From Vampirovibrionales bacterium (GTDB lineage Bacteria; Cyanobacteriota; Vampirovibrionia; Vampirovibrionales; JAJTHC01), in contig JBIKNF010000008.1 of assembly GCA_044358835.1 (NCBI GenBank), positions 9,873 to 73,872 on the forward strand: a stretch of 64,000 nt of DNA. Direction: 5' to 3'. Every line of letters begins with the position of its first letter. Position 1 is the first letter of the stretch. This document shows, one piece after another, positions 10,441 through 20,751 of this stretch. The translations under genes were made by a program, and so were the position numbers. A model generated the notes under the pieces. It was given only the letters and a program-made list of their open reading frames with translations. It searched no databases and had not been told where the DNA came from.

Positions 10441-11361
10441 CTATAAAGCCAACGCCTGCTGTTGGTGCAGAATGACTTTAGCCATCGAATGATGCTCATC
10501 TTCCAATAACATGGGCAAGCGCATACTGGGGTGCATGAAGCCTTGTTGAGCCATACACGCCTTAATTAAAATGGGATTCGTCACTTGAAAAAGGGCGTGC
10601 ATGGTAGGGAGTATTTGATGATGAAGCGTCAAGGCTTTGGTGGTTTTGCCCGCTTCAAACGCGTCGATCATGGCATGCAGTTCCGCCCCAATCAGGTGGC
10701 TGGCCACACTAATGACGCCTTTGGCTCCTAAAGAAAGCATGGGCAACGTTAAGCTATCATCGCCAGACCACACCACAAAGCCCGTGTCTTCATAAGGTAG
10801 GCATCGAGTAATTTCGCTTAGGGCATCCATATTGCTGTCACTTTGTTTGACGCCCAGCAGTTGAGCGCCTAGGCGTTCATGCAAGGCCTTCATGGTGTCC
10901 GCCTGCATACTCACCCCCGTTCGGTTGGGGATGTTATAAATCACAATAGGGAGGCCTTGCGCCACGCTTGCCACCGCTTCAAAATGAGCCATCATGCCGG
11001 CTTGCGTGGGCTTGTTGTAATACGGCACCACCACCAGCAAGGAATCAGGGCGTTCGGATTGGGCCAATAAATCTTGGGTTTGTTGCATTACGGCGTGGGT
11101 GTCATTGCCATTGATCGACGCCATTAAATGAACGGGTAAACCACTGGCTTTAATGGCTGATTTGGCCAGTTGAATGAGTTGTTTTTTTTCTTCAAGGGTT
11201 AAGGTGGGGCCTTCGCCTGTGGTGCCATGCACCAGTAAGCCGTCACTGCCGTTTTGAATAAGGTATTCACATAAGGCACTAAAGCGTGGGGCATCAAGCC
11301 TTTGAGCATCTTCAGAAAAAGGCGTGACACACGCTGTAATGACTTTCGCTAAGGGATTCAT
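10441..11361 (-). CDS. dapA: 4-hydroxy-tetrahydrodipicolinate synthase
   Basis: VITACVTPF, GTTGE, VPYYNKP, YNIPNRTG, GVKQS (Schiff-base Lys), SGDD. Downstream of asd. Start taken at ATG 11361 (ORF track 11406). Confidence 0.93.
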   Translation of the reverse strand: MNPLAKVITACVTPFSEDAQRLDAPRFSALCEYLIQNGSDGLLVHGTTGEGPTLTLEEKKQLIQLAKSAIKASGLPVHLMASINGNDTHAVMQQTQDLLAQSERPDSLLVVVPYYNKPTQAGMMAHFEAVASVAQGLPIVIYNIPNRTGVSMQADTMKALHERLGAQLLGVKQSDSNMDALSEITRCLPYEDTGFVVWSGDDSLTLPMLSLGAKGVISVASHLIGAELHAMIDAFEAGKTTKALTLHHQILPTMHALFQVTNPILIKACMAQQGFMHPSMRLPMLLEDEHHSMAKVILHQQQALAL

Positions 11362-11411
11362 TTGACAAACCTCGACCATCAATTTAGAAAAACAGGTTAA
11401 AACCACTCATT

Positions 11412-12503
11412 TTAAAAGGCGCTTGCCGTTTCAGGCACGCCAACTTTATTTAAACGCACCAAGGCTTCGGCAATACGAACCGCATTAAGCGCGGCCCCAA
11501 TGCGGAGATTGTCCGACACGACCCAGAGGTTAAAGCCTCGTTGGGGGTTTGAAGTGTCCTTGCGGATGCGTGAGACGTAGACGGGATCCGTGTGGGCGGT
11601 TTCTCGTGGGGTGAAATAGCCGTGGTGACTGTCTGCCACTACGACATCGGGCGTTTGTTTAAGGGCTTGGGTAAGCGCTTCTAAGCTCACGCAACGGGTG
11701 CAATCGACCGTCACCGATTCACTATGCCCCACCAAAACAGGGACGCGAACCGCGGTTGCCGTAATGGGTAGATTCGGCAAGTTCAGAATCTTTTGGGTTT
11801 CATGAATAAGCTTGAGTTCTTCTTTGGTGTAGCCAGCTTCTAGGCCCTCTTCACTAAACACATCAATATGGGGAATGAGGTTAAAGGCAATGGAACGCTT
11901 GAAAATTTGCCGGTCGAAGGTGGAATCGGCAAAGGCATCGGAGCGCCCTTGAAGTTGCCCGTGCTTAAAATCGTGAAGTAATTCAGCGCGTAATTCATCG
12001 AGGGCTTCTTTGCCTCCGCCACTGACGGATTGATACGTGCTAACAATCACGCGTTCTAAGCCTGCTAAGGCGTGAATGGTTTTAAGCACAGGCATGAGTT
12101 GAGCGGTGGAACAATTGGGGTTGGCAATAATGCCTTGATGCGAAAGCAACGCGTCTTCATTCACCCCGCCCACCACTAAAGGGACTTGAGGGTGCATACG
12201 GTAATGACTGGTGTTGTCAATCACCACAGCCCCGCGTTTAACGGCTTCAGGGGCAAGGGAAGCACTAATGCTTCCCCCCGCACTGGCAAGGACGATATCC
12301 ACCCCTTCAAAGGCATCGGGCGTAGCTTCTTCAATAGCCACTGGCTTGCCATGAAAAAGCAGGGTTTGCCCCACTGAACGCTTAGAAGCGAGCAGTTTAA
12401 GCGTTTTAACGGGGAAGTGACGTTCTTCTAAAAAAGCCAAGATTTTACTTCCCACTAAACCAGAAGCCCCCAAAATAGCGACGTTATATGATTTTTCAGA
12501 CAT
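11412..12503 (-). CDS. asd: Aspartate-semialdehyde dehydrogenase
   Basis: VAILGASGLVG, IIANPNCST, STYQSVSGGG, VRVPVLVGHSE, DNLRIGAALNA. Confidence 0.97.
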   Translation of the reverse strand: MSEKSYNVAILGASGLVGSKILAFLEERHFPVKTLKLLASKRSVGQTLLFHGKPVAIEEATPDAFEGVDIVLASAGGSISASLAPEAVKRGAVVIDNTSHYRMHPQVPLVVGGVNEDALLSHQGIIANPNCSTAQLMPVLKTIHALAGLERVIVSTYQSVSGGGKEALDELRAELLHDFKHGQLQGRSDAFADSTFDRQIFKRSIAFNLIPHIDVFSEEGLEAGYTKEELKLIHETQKILNLPNLPITATAVRVPVLVGHSESVTVDCTRCVSLEALTQALKQTPDVVVADSHHGYFTPRETAHTDPVYVSRIRKDTSNPQRGFNLWVVSDNLRIGAALNAVRIAEALVRLNKVGVPETASAF

Positions 12504-12609
12504 GTAGCACACCCCTTGATGCGTTGCAGTAACAAAACGTCTTTATTATAAGTCAAATACCTTAAATGCCAAATAGAAGATTTTGACCCGCTTTTTTTGC
12601 AAAGAATCG

Positions 12610-12662
12610 TTGACAGGTCTTTTCCCTTTTGATAAGCTCTTTATTGAAAATGATTCTCAATA
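12610..12662 (+). promoter_or_regulatory. Sigma70-type promoter followed by a Fur-box-like palindrome
   Basis: TTGACA (12610-15), 17 bp, TAAGCT (12633-38), then near-perfect palindrome TATTGAAAATGATTCTCAATA (12642-62). Confidence 0.65.
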
Positions 12663-12767
12663 GCAAGAATGACGTTCAACCCCAATCCCGCACAAGCGTG
12701 ACGTGTTTGGGTGTTGATGTAGATACCCCCTTACTGTATGGCTCCCTAGAAAGATGTTGTTCGTAAA

Positions 12768-14537
12768 ATGGATAAAGTGGCTTTAAAATTAAGTAGTGTC
12801 GGCACGTATTTGGATCACCCTTATGGCGCCATTTTGCCGTGGGCCAATCGTGTGCCTGTGTTGGTTTACCCCACTTTACTGGCCTTACAAACGGGGAAAG
12901 ATCTTTACCAGAGTAAGACCACCAAAGAACGAAATGAACGCTTGGAAGATGACGCCATTCGCATGGGAATCCCCACGGTGGCCACTGTAATGGCCACCCA
13001 ATGCCTTATGTCCCCTGACGCCCAAGCGTTTAACACCACGCAAGCCGCACTGGCCTATTTTAAGCAACAAAACCGCGATGTATTTCAGCAAGGCCAAGCC
13101 ATTGCCCAAAATCAGTTTAAACGCCTGTCGTGGCTGTCGCCTCTGTTATGGGGCAAGTTAGACCCCAAAAGCAAGTTGGCTCCTAATTCTGCCGAAGGAC
13201 TTTTTCAATCGATTGAAGCGGGGCAAGTCCCGCTGGATGTTCAAGTAGGGGGCGTCGCCAAAGCCATTCGCTCATATCACAAACAAAAGCGCCCCGACTT
13301 CTTTCATGGTTTAAAAGATAGAGAATTTGGAGCGATTTATGTTGAAAATCTTGAACTTCTTGAGCAGTTGCATCGCACAAGCATGGCCGCAGTGTTAGAA
13401 AATGCACATAATGTTAAGGCGGATCCTAAAAAAGGCGTGCATGCCTTGCCCCATGCCGTTAGGACTAAAATGGCTCAAGAAACAAGTGTGGAAGCGTCAT
13501 ACAAAAGACTTCACGAATGGATCAATAGCTTGCCGGAAGAGGCTCAAAAAGAAACCCGAAAGGCGATTGTTCAGCTTGAATTGCCGCAGCGTATTGCCGA
13601 AGATCTCAAAATCATAAATCAACTTCAGTTAACGAAGTTTTCCTATGCGTCCTTGGCGCGAAGAACGTCTCGTGTTTTATTGCGTCATGAATTGCGACTG
13701 GCCTTACCCACCCATGAAGATCTCAGCGATTTTGCGGGGGCCTTTGAAGGCGGGCGCTTTTCTTTCAAGGCCTTTGAAAAAGCCATGGGACGAACGGCCA
13801 AAGAATTTGTGAGCGAAGCCGCTGTTCCCTTTTTAGGGGTGGGTTTGGCCAGTGTGGGCAGTGGCGTGCTGGCGGGCTTTTTAGCCAACCACTTACAAGG
13901 CAAAGGTGAAAAAAATGACGACGTCGTAAAAGAAGGCATTTTTCAATATGTGGCCAACATTGCCATGTGTGGATTTGGGGCAGGGGCGGGGCTGGCCATT
14001 TCAAACGCCTTAGGCTTCACCAAGTTTCGTAACCCATTGGCTCGATTTGCGACAGTCGTCAGCGGGTTGGGAGCAGGCATTTACGCAGGGGCCTTAATCG
14101 CCAACCCCTTGTCTAATTACGTTGAAACCCAATTAAAGCGCCGAAATACCGCCCCGCACCCCCCTTCTGGCGGACGCAAGCTTGAATTCGCTGATGGCGT
14201 GCTACACGTCGATGACATCCCCACCGCCTTTAGTGTAGCAGGCGTGCAGGCGCTTAAACCGTGGATTTCTCCCTTCTTTTTGATGTCAGGGATTAAGACG
14301 GCGTATGGTTACCGAAATGTAGAGCCATTGGCGCATAGTTCGCCCATTCCTGTTGGGCGGCATGAACCCTTGCAGTTGGATCCGTTTTTGGAGCATCACA
14401 CGCCGTTTGGGGGGTTGAATGATGCCGACAGTAGCACGTATCAAGCATTAATGCCTCAACTGAAAAGCCGTATCACGGCACCGATAGAAGGCTCTGCAAA
14501 AGTCCCATTCGGCGAATCTTCTGTGCACGAAGCGTGA
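12768..14537 (+). CDS. Hypothetical membrane protein with Gly-rich C-terminal TM helices
   Basis: 589-aa ORF. C-terminal GxxxG-rich hydrophobic segments (GVGLASVGSGVLAG, GFGAGAGLA, SGLGAGIYAGA) and an HVDD motif. Confidence 0.75.
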   Translation: MDKVALKLSSVGTYLDHPYGAILPWANRVPVLVYPTLLALQTGKDLYQSKTTKERNERLEDDAIRMGIPTVATVMATQCLMSPDAQAFNTTQAALAYFKQQNRDVFQQGQAIAQNQFKRLSWLSPLLWGKLDPKSKLAPNSAEGLFQSIEAGQVPLDVQVGGVAKAIRSYHKQKRPDFFHGLKDREFGAIYVENLELLEQLHRTSMAAVLENAHNVKADPKKGVHALPHAVRTKMAQETSVEASYKRLHEWINSLPEEAQKETRKAIVQLELPQRIAEDLKIINQLQLTKFSYASLARRTSRVLLRHELRLALPTHEDLSDFAGAFEGGRFSFKAFEKAMGRTAKEFVSEAAVPFLGVGLASVGSGVLAGFLANHLQGKGEKNDDVVKEGIFQYVANIAMCGFGAGAGLAISNALGFTKFRNPLARFATVVSGLGAGIYAGALIANPLSNYVETQLKRRNTAPHPPSGGRKLEFADGVLHVDDIPTAFSVAGVQALKPWISPFFLMSGIKTAYGYRNVEPLAHSSPIPVGRHEPLQLDPFLEHHTPFGGLNDADSSTYQALMPQLKSRITAPIEGSAKVPFGESSVHEA

Positions 14538-14775
14538 GTGATTGCAAGCAATCAGCGTTATGTAGTAGGTCTACACGCCTCAAAAGCCGTTTATTTTTCC
14601 TTGAATCTTCATCCGACTTGAACTATTGCAGAGCCTTCTATAGCGGGCGAGGATAACGTATTTTGGCGTAAAGCCTTGTTATTTTTATGTTTTAGGTATA
14701 ATAAAAATATGTTACCCTTGTTGGTGAGTCCCTTGACCTACCAGAGCCCCTATAATTTAAGAAGGATATTTCACC

Positions 14776-16260
14776 ATGACGGCACTTCAAGAACGCAACG
14801 CCATTGAACAAACAGTCAATTCTCGTCTCACTAAAATTGTGGCCACCCTAGGGCCAGCCAGCCGTCACCCTGATGGCATTTACAGCCTCATTTCTTCTGG
14901 AGCCAACGTCTTTCGTTTCAACTATTCCCACGCCGAATATGATGCTCTTGAAAAAGCGTATGCCAATGTTCGTCAAATTTCAAAAGAACTGGGCAAACCT
15001 GTAGGGATTTTAAGTGATTTGCAAGGCCCTAAGTTTCGCGTTGGCTTTTTTGAAGGCTGTGAAGGCATTCCTGTTAAAGCGGGGCAGTCGTTGCGTTTTG
15101 CGTATAGTGAAAACAATAACGGGGGGCATGAAGGGTTGGTTGTTTGCAATGTAAAACCCTTGTTTGAATCCCTGGAAATAGGTAATACAGTTTTATTTGA
15201 TGACGGCAACATCCAAATGAAAGTCACCGATCGCGTCAATGCGACCGAAGTGATCGTTGAAGTAACGACCGATGGCACGCTGAAGCAACGCAAAGGCATC
15301 AATGTGCCTGAAATTACCATTCCTGTTGCGGCTTTGTCTGACAAAGACAAAACCGACTGCTTATTTGCCTTAAAGCAAGGCACCGATTTTATGGCCCTTT
15401 CTTTTGTTCAGCGCCCTGAAGATGTGATTGAACTGCGCGAATTCATGCTTGCCAATGGATGCACCCCTTCCAACATGCCTAAAATTATCGTCAAAATTGA
15501 AAAACCTCAGGCGGTTGAACGCTTGGACGACATCCTTGCTGAAGCGGATGGCGTGATGGTGGCTCGTGGGGACTTAGGGGTGGAATTGCCCGCCGAACAA
15601 GTGCCTGCGGCTCAGAAAATGATGATTCGCAAATGTATTGAAGCGGGCAAGCCCGTCATTACCGCCACCCAAATGTTGGAATCCATGACCTCAGCCCCAG
15701 TGCCGACGAGGGCTGAAGTGTCTGACATCGCCAATGCGGTTTATGACGGAAGCGATGCGACTATGCTTTCAGGTGAATCGGCGTATGGAGATTACCCCAC
15801 TGAAGCGGTTCAAGTCATGGCCAAAGTGCAAGCCGAAGCCCGCAAGCATTACGGCGAATTCACCAGTTTTGACAGCCTTTGTTACGAAGAATACCCCAAT
15901 TCCGTGTCTCCTGAAATTGTGGCACGCGCGGCGGTAGATGCCACATGGGCAGGGGATATTGATGCCATTGTGGTGATGAGTTATTCTGGTGCCATGGCAC
16001 AGCGGGTGTCAAAATATCGGCCCGAAGTCCCGATTATTGCCCTTACGCCGAATGAATCGGTGTACTTTCAGTTGACCTTGCTTTATGCCGTGTTACCCGT
16101 TCAGTTTAAGGCGTCTGACACCACAGAATCCACGCTTTCAAGCATTCGTGCGTGGTTGCTTGAAAAGGGTTTGGTTTCTAAGGGTGCGAACATTGTGGTT
16201 TGTGCGGGTTCGACTGAATTGGCAGGCTTAAGTAACAGCCTGTTAATTACCCAAGTGTAA
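14776..16260 (+). CDS. pyk: Pyruvate kinase
   Basis: TKIVATLGPAS, FRFNYSH, DLQGPKFR, KIEK, VMVARGDLGVE, TATQMLESM, MLSGESA. Confidence 0.97.
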   Translation: MTALQERNAIEQTVNSRLTKIVATLGPASRHPDGIYSLISSGANVFRFNYSHAEYDALEKAYANVRQISKELGKPVGILSDLQGPKFRVGFFEGCEGIPVKAGQSLRFAYSENNNGGHEGLVVCNVKPLFESLEIGNTVLFDDGNIQMKVTDRVNATEVIVEVTTDGTLKQRKGINVPEITIPVAALSDKDKTDCLFALKQGTDFMALSFVQRPEDVIELREFMLANGCTPSNMPKIIVKIEKPQAVERLDDILAEADGVMVARGDLGVELPAEQVPAAQKMMIRKCIEAGKPVITATQMLESMTSAPVPTRAEVSDIANAVYDGSDATMLSGESAYGDYPTEAVQVMAKVQAEARKHYGEFTSFDSLCYEEYPNSVSPEIVARAAVDATWAGDIDAIVVMSYSGAMAQRVSKYRPEVPIIALTPNESVYFQLTLLYAVLPVQFKASDTTESTLSSIRAWLLEKGLVSKGANIVVCAGSTELAGLSNSLLITQV

Positions 16261-16320
16261 GCCCCCCTAATGAAGCCTCCTTTTTTCTTACACCGCTAAA
16301 ACGCAAGAGGATTTTGATTC

Positions 16321-17610
16321 GTGAACGCCCCAACTTCAACCGAAGCATCGAATGTGTTGACCTTTACCTTGCCTGATATTGGCGAAGGCGTCGCTGAAGG
16401 CGAAATCATGGCGTGGTTTGCCGAAGAAGGCCAATTCTTGCAGGAAGATCAAGCGCTTTTAGAAGTGATGACCGACAAAGTCACCGTTGAAATTCCCGCC
16501 CCTCGGGCTGGGGTGTTGCTGAAAAAATATGTACACGTCGGTGACGTGGTGCCGGTGGGTAAGCCCTTGGTGGATATTCACTTTGGAGAAAATCCACCTA
16601 AAGTGGCTCCGACTCAAGCCGTGGCAAAAAAGCCCGAAGTCTTCAACCCAAGGGCTGAATCACCCGATCTTACGGTGCCTGTTTTCACAAAACCGTCTGA
16701 AACCGTTGCAACGCTCCAGCCGACTCATGCCGTACTGGCTACCCCAGCCACTCGGCAACTGGCCAAGCGTTTAAAGGTGGATCTCCACTCAATCGTGGGC
16801 ACAGGGCCTCATGGTCGCATTCGCCCTGAAGATATTGAAACGCACGCCCAGCTCCTTCAAAGTCCGCAAGGGGTAGTTTCTTGCTCTAGTCCCTTGATCA
16901 AGTCAACCCCCTTAGAAGCCAAAGACATCCCTTACACTGGGATTCGTAAGAAAATTGGCGAACGCCTCTTGGCCAGTACGCAACGCATCCCTAGCTTTGC
17001 CTATGTGGATGAAATCCGCATGGACAAAGTCGAAGCCTTGCGTCAAGAACTTAAAATCTTGGCTAGTGAAACAGGCGTAAAACTCACACCCTTAACCTTT
17101 GTATTAAAAGCTGTTAGCTTGGCTTTACAACGCTTTCCCCAGCTTAATAGTCGTTTAAATGACGAGCAAACCCTCATTCATCAACCAGCGGGTATTCACT
17201 TGGGCATTGCGGTGGATGCTCCCCACGGGTTGATCGTCCCCGTCATCAGTCATGCGCAAGCGTTGCATTTGTTTGACCTTGCTAAAGCGGTTCAGGAACT
17301 CGGCAGACTGGCGCGTGAAGGCAAGCTACAACCCCAGCAATTACAAGGCGGGACCTTTACCGTTTCAAGTATTGGCAGTATTGGTGGACTGTTAGGGATT
17401 CCCATTATTAACGCCCCAGAAGTGGCTATTTTAGGGGTGAATGCCTTGCGTAAGGTGGCGCTGGTGAATGAACACGACGACATTGTAGTCGGCCAAGTGT
17501 TGAACCTTTCCATCAGTGCAGATCACCGTGTGGTGGATGGCGCGGATGTAGCGCGCTTTGTCAATCTTGTTAAGGCGTATTTAGAATCGCCCGCTCAACT
17601 ATTGCTTTAA
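16321..17610 (+). CDS. 2-oxo acid dehydrogenase E2 (dihydrolipoamide acyltransferase)
   Basis: Lipoyl domain LPDIGEGVAEGEI...EVMTDKV, E3-binding ATPATRQLA...GTGPHGRI, catalytic DHRVVDG. Confidence 0.95.
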   Translation: MNAPTSTEASNVLTFTLPDIGEGVAEGEIMAWFAEEGQFLQEDQALLEVMTDKVTVEIPAPRAGVLLKKYVHVGDVVPVGKPLVDIHFGENPPKVAPTQAVAKKPEVFNPRAESPDLTVPVFTKPSETVATLQPTHAVLATPATRQLAKRLKVDLHSIVGTGPHGRIRPEDIETHAQLLQSPQGVVSCSSPLIKSTPLEAKDIPYTGIRKKIGERLLASTQRIPSFAYVDEIRMDKVEALRQELKILASETGVKLTPLTFVLKAVSLALQRFPQLNSRLNDEQTLIHQPAGIHLGIAVDAPHGLIVPVISHAQALHLFDLAKAVQELGRLAREGKLQPQQLQGGTFTVSSIGSIGGLLGIPIINAPEVAILGVNALRKVALVNEHDDIVVGQVLNLSISADHRVVDGADVARFVNLVKAYLESPAQLLL

Positions 17611-17665
17611 AAGGATCTATCCAACACTATATATAAGCCCTGCTGCTTCAAGTCAAAAGCGACTT

Positions 17666-18598
17666 TTATTCAAAGGCCAGTATTTCAAAGGGTTGAAAAG
17701 TCAACGCAGGTAAATACTGCTTTAAATAAGCCCTCAACGTATCCACCTGGCCTGTGGCTAGTAAACGCACCGGTTCCTTACCCTCCGCCGAATTACCCCT
17801 CAGCCCTTGAAGCTCGTACTTAATCCCTAAGCGTTCGGCAATAACCAACACCAACGCCTCACTCGGATCAATAAAAAGGGTTTCTGGCATATAGTGACGT
17901 AACAAGTGCTTTAAGCCCAAGTAATGCGTACAGCCAATAATTAACGCTTCTGGCGGGGCGTTTTTAAACCCACACGCATAACGATGCAGCAACACGTCCA
18001 CCGGCTCCACTTCCGTATCACCTTCCACCGCTTGAGCCAACCCCCCACACGCCACAGGTTGCCACGTAAGTTGAGGGTAAGCCCCATGACCATATAAACG
18101 TTCTGCCAACCGCGGATACACCCCACTTTGCACCGTTAACGGCGTGGCCAACAGCCCTACCCGCGCCTGATGCTGATCGGCGTCTAAACGCGCGATGACT
18201 TGACGCATCAATAATGAAAGTGTGGGTCGTAAAATGTCAATCACCCTGTCAGGTCGAATCCCGTGTTGGGCAAACACGTCAGGGGCAATACTTTCCCACA
18301 CGGCAGAAGCCGTGTTACACGCAAATAAAATATAGCTATTGTCGTCATGACGCGTTAGTAAAGTCCCCACCACGCGCAATAAACGCTCACGTAAGTGCTG
18401 TGGGTCTTTTTCTCCATAGGGCATCCAAGCGGAATCGGCAAAAAAGCTAATGGGGCATCCCAACTGGGCCGCCCCCAAGGTTTTTAGCACATTTAAGCCC
18501 CCCACCCCTGAATCAAACACAATTAAATGAGCAGGACGAGGGCTGAGCCACTTTATAGAAGCATCCGGATGAAGAAGAGACCGCAGGTTTGGGATCAT
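17666..18598 (-). CDS. murI: Glutamate racemase
   Basis: VFDSGVGGL, MPYGEK, ACNTAS, GCTHY (two catalytic Cys). Next to an amidase gene. Confidence 0.92.
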   Translation of the reverse strand: MIPNLRSLLHPDASIKWLSPRPAHLIVFDSGVGGLNVLKTLGAAQLGCPISFFADSAWMPYGEKDPQHLRERLLRVVGTLLTRHDDNSYILFACNTASAVWESIAPDVFAQHGIRPDRVIDILRPTLSLLMRQVIARLDADQHQARVGLLATPLTVQSGVYPRLAERLYGHGAYPQLTWQPVACGGLAQAVEGDTEVEPVDVLLHRYACGFKNAPPEALIIGCTHYLGLKHLLRHYMPETLFIDPSEALVLVIAERLGIKYELQGLRGNSAEGKEPVRLLATGQVDTLRAYLKQYLPALTFQPFEILAFE

Positions 18599-18604
18599 CG
18601 TTGC

Positions 18605-20602
18605 TTACCACCCGTTTCGCTTGAAATAGGCATCCACGCCGTCGGCGATGGCTTTGGCTTGCTGACGTTGGCGCGCTTCCGTATTCAGCACCTTGAGTTC
18701 TGTGGGGTTAGACACATACCCCAATTCACACAAAATACTCGGGACGTTGGCATGATTGATGACATAAAACTGGTTACGACGCACCCCACGATCCACCACC
18801 GCCAAGGCTTGAACCTGCTTGGCATGAACGGCTTGCGCCAAAGCCAAGCTAAAACCGTGGTAATAATACGTTTCAAGCCCATAAATAGCGGCACTATTGC
18901 TTGAATTGTGATGTACACTAATAAAAATATGGGGGTTGAAACTCGCGGCCACTTCCGTAATTTCTTTAAGGCTTAGGAAAATGTCGCTGCTGCGGGTCAT
19001 GTAAACCACATAGCCTCGCGCTTGTAATTCATTGCGTAATTTAAGCGCCACACTTAGGTTAAGGTGCTTTTCCATAATGCCATCACGCATGGCACCCCCA
19101 TCTTTACCGCCATGGCCAGCATCAATCACTACGATTTTTTTTTCGTTATTGGGCGGACGCTTGCCCCCCCCCGCTACACGATTCGGAGAAGTGGCTTTAC
19201 CCCCTACCCCACCTGGATTCACCAAGTAAAAGCTGAGTTCTAGCGCGTTTGCACTGGTAAAAGGCGTACTTCTTAAATCTTCAAAGGGCTTTTTAAGTTC
19301 CACCAGCAAACGACTGCCTTGACTGGATTGCACATGACTTAGACTTTTTAAATACGAAAAATGAGACACATCAAACCCCATCGGTTCGGGAGGGGCCGAA
19401 ACATTCCACAAATCCACACTAAAGCGCGTCGGACTTTCTTTAATCACCTTGTACTGAATCGGGCGTTGAGATTCTAAACGAAACTTAATGGGTGTATTGA
19501 CGGTTTCACTGGAAATATACAGTTGCTTTAAGGCACTCATTACCTTAGGTTGATTGAGTTTGACCTTGTCCCAAAACGGGTTTTTGAGGTGAGAGGGTTG
19601 AATAATCACACTGTTTTTAAAGGCGTTGTCCTTCCCTTGTAGGACGGTAAAATTAATCGGATCTTCCGTTTCAATCACCACGCGAACCACACTAGGTGTG
19701 TTTTGAGAGACCCTTACCGCCCAACCCTGCCATTGCGTCACCCCAGAAGTCGGGTAAGCACCTTTGGCATCAGGTTCATTTGAAAAAAGCTTGGGTGAAA
19801 TCACCGCACCCTCTAAATCCAACACAAAGCGATGCGGATTTTCTAAGTAAAACTCATTTTTCACCTTCAGAGCGGGACTGTTGAGTGCTGGTTTAAGCAT
19901 GAAGAAATGATCTTCAATTTCAATGACTTCAAGGGAAGTGCGACTTTCCGTAGATTTAGGGGGTTGCACTGCTGAAACAATTGGGTTGGTGGCATTTGAA
20001 GGCACGTGTGAACTGGCATAAGGGGGACTTTGGGTATTTTCAATAATTCCCCCCCCGTGTTTGGATTCACTTCGTACGATGTTTGACGCCCCTTCTTTGG
20101 GGCTGGGAATGAGGAGGCGTCCGTTATTAAGGCTGATTACATTAAGGGCCGTTACATTCACCCCTGCGGTGTACGTAAACACCACCCGAACCAAATCAAT
20201 CAAACTTCCGCCCTGTTGAAAGAGTTCTACCTTTTCAAGGCCTTGCCTACCGACGGCGTAGCCTAAAGGCAAGCCTTTTTTGAGTTTGGCAAAGGGAAAC
20301 TCAAGAATGAGTTGACGTTTGGGGGCATCCACCTTTAATAGGTAACGAAGGGTGGTGCCTTGGGCGGTATTTTCCAGCAAACGTTCAGGGAGCAGGTAAA
20401 AACCCTTTTCATCGAGATCAACGGGTTGTTCTTCTAACGTATTTTGTAAAGCCACAAGCGAAAATGCAGATCGATGAGCCGTTACAGCCGTGCCTTCTTC
20501 TGCCCAAGTCGCTGTGGGGAATAAAAATCCTCCTCCCAGCATGAGCCAAGAAAGTAGAAACGTCATCCAAGTTCGCCACAAACGTACCATGCAAAACCTC
20601 AT
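18605..20602 (-). CDS. N-acetylmuramoyl-L-alanine amidase (AMIN + Amidase_3, AmiC-like)
   Basis: Signal peptide; AMIN-like LENPHRFVLDL and VVRVVIE; catalytic VVIDAGHGGKD, EKHLNL, FISVHHNS, SILCELGY. Confidence 0.92.
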   Translation of the reverse strand: MRFCMVRLWRTWMTFLLSWLMLGGGFLFPTATWAEEGTAVTAHRSAFSLVALQNTLEEQPVDLDEKGFYLLPERLLENTAQGTTLRYLLKVDAPKRQLILEFPFAKLKKGLPLGYAVGRQGLEKVELFQQGGSLIDLVRVVFTYTAGVNVTALNVISLNNGRLLIPSPKEGASNIVRSESKHGGGIIENTQSPPYASSHVPSNATNPIVSAVQPPKSTESRTSLEVIEIEDHFFMLKPALNSPALKVKNEFYLENPHRFVLDLEGAVISPKLFSNEPDAKGAYPTSGVTQWQGWAVRVSQNTPSVVRVVIETEDPINFTVLQGKDNAFKNSVIIQPSHLKNPFWDKVKLNQPKVMSALKQLYISSETVNTPIKFRLESQRPIQYKVIKESPTRFSVDLWNVSAPPEPMGFDVSHFSYLKSLSHVQSSQGSRLLVELKKPFEDLRSTPFTSANALELSFYLVNPGGVGGKATSPNRVAGGGKRPPNNEKKIVVIDAGHGGKDGGAMRDGIMEKHLNLSVALKLRNELQARGYVVYMTRSSDIFLSLKEITEVAASFNPHIFISVHHNSSNSAAIYGLETYYYHGFSLALAQAVHAKQVQALAVVDRGVRRNQFYVINHANVPSILCELGYVSNPTELKVLNTEARQRQQAKAIADGVDAYFKRNGW

Positions 20603-20605
20603 GTA

Positions 20606-20751
20606 ATACCCATTAAACGATTAAATGTCGTGTTGTCTCTTCGTTGTCGCTACGATTTTTGTTTAGTGATGTACGTTTATGTACACGCCCTCACAAAAAA
20701 AGCTAAGCTCCTAGAATAGCCTAACACGCTATTCATTCGTTTAAACGGTAT
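20606..20751. repeat. ~146-bp imperfect palindromic element (ERIC/RPE-like MITE candidate)
   Basis: Left end ATACCCATTAAACGATTAAATGTCGTGTT; reverse complement of right end ATACCGTTTAAACGAATGAATAGCGTGTT; central GTAC-N6-GTAC hairpin. Confidence 0.6.

Noticed and set aside
17615-17631. 17-bp exact repeat ATCTATCCAACACTATA, also at 52297-52313
   Set aside because: Both copies are intergenic, but one AT-rich 17-mer match in 64 kb is near chance. The 35 kb between them is core genes, so an att pair is implausible.
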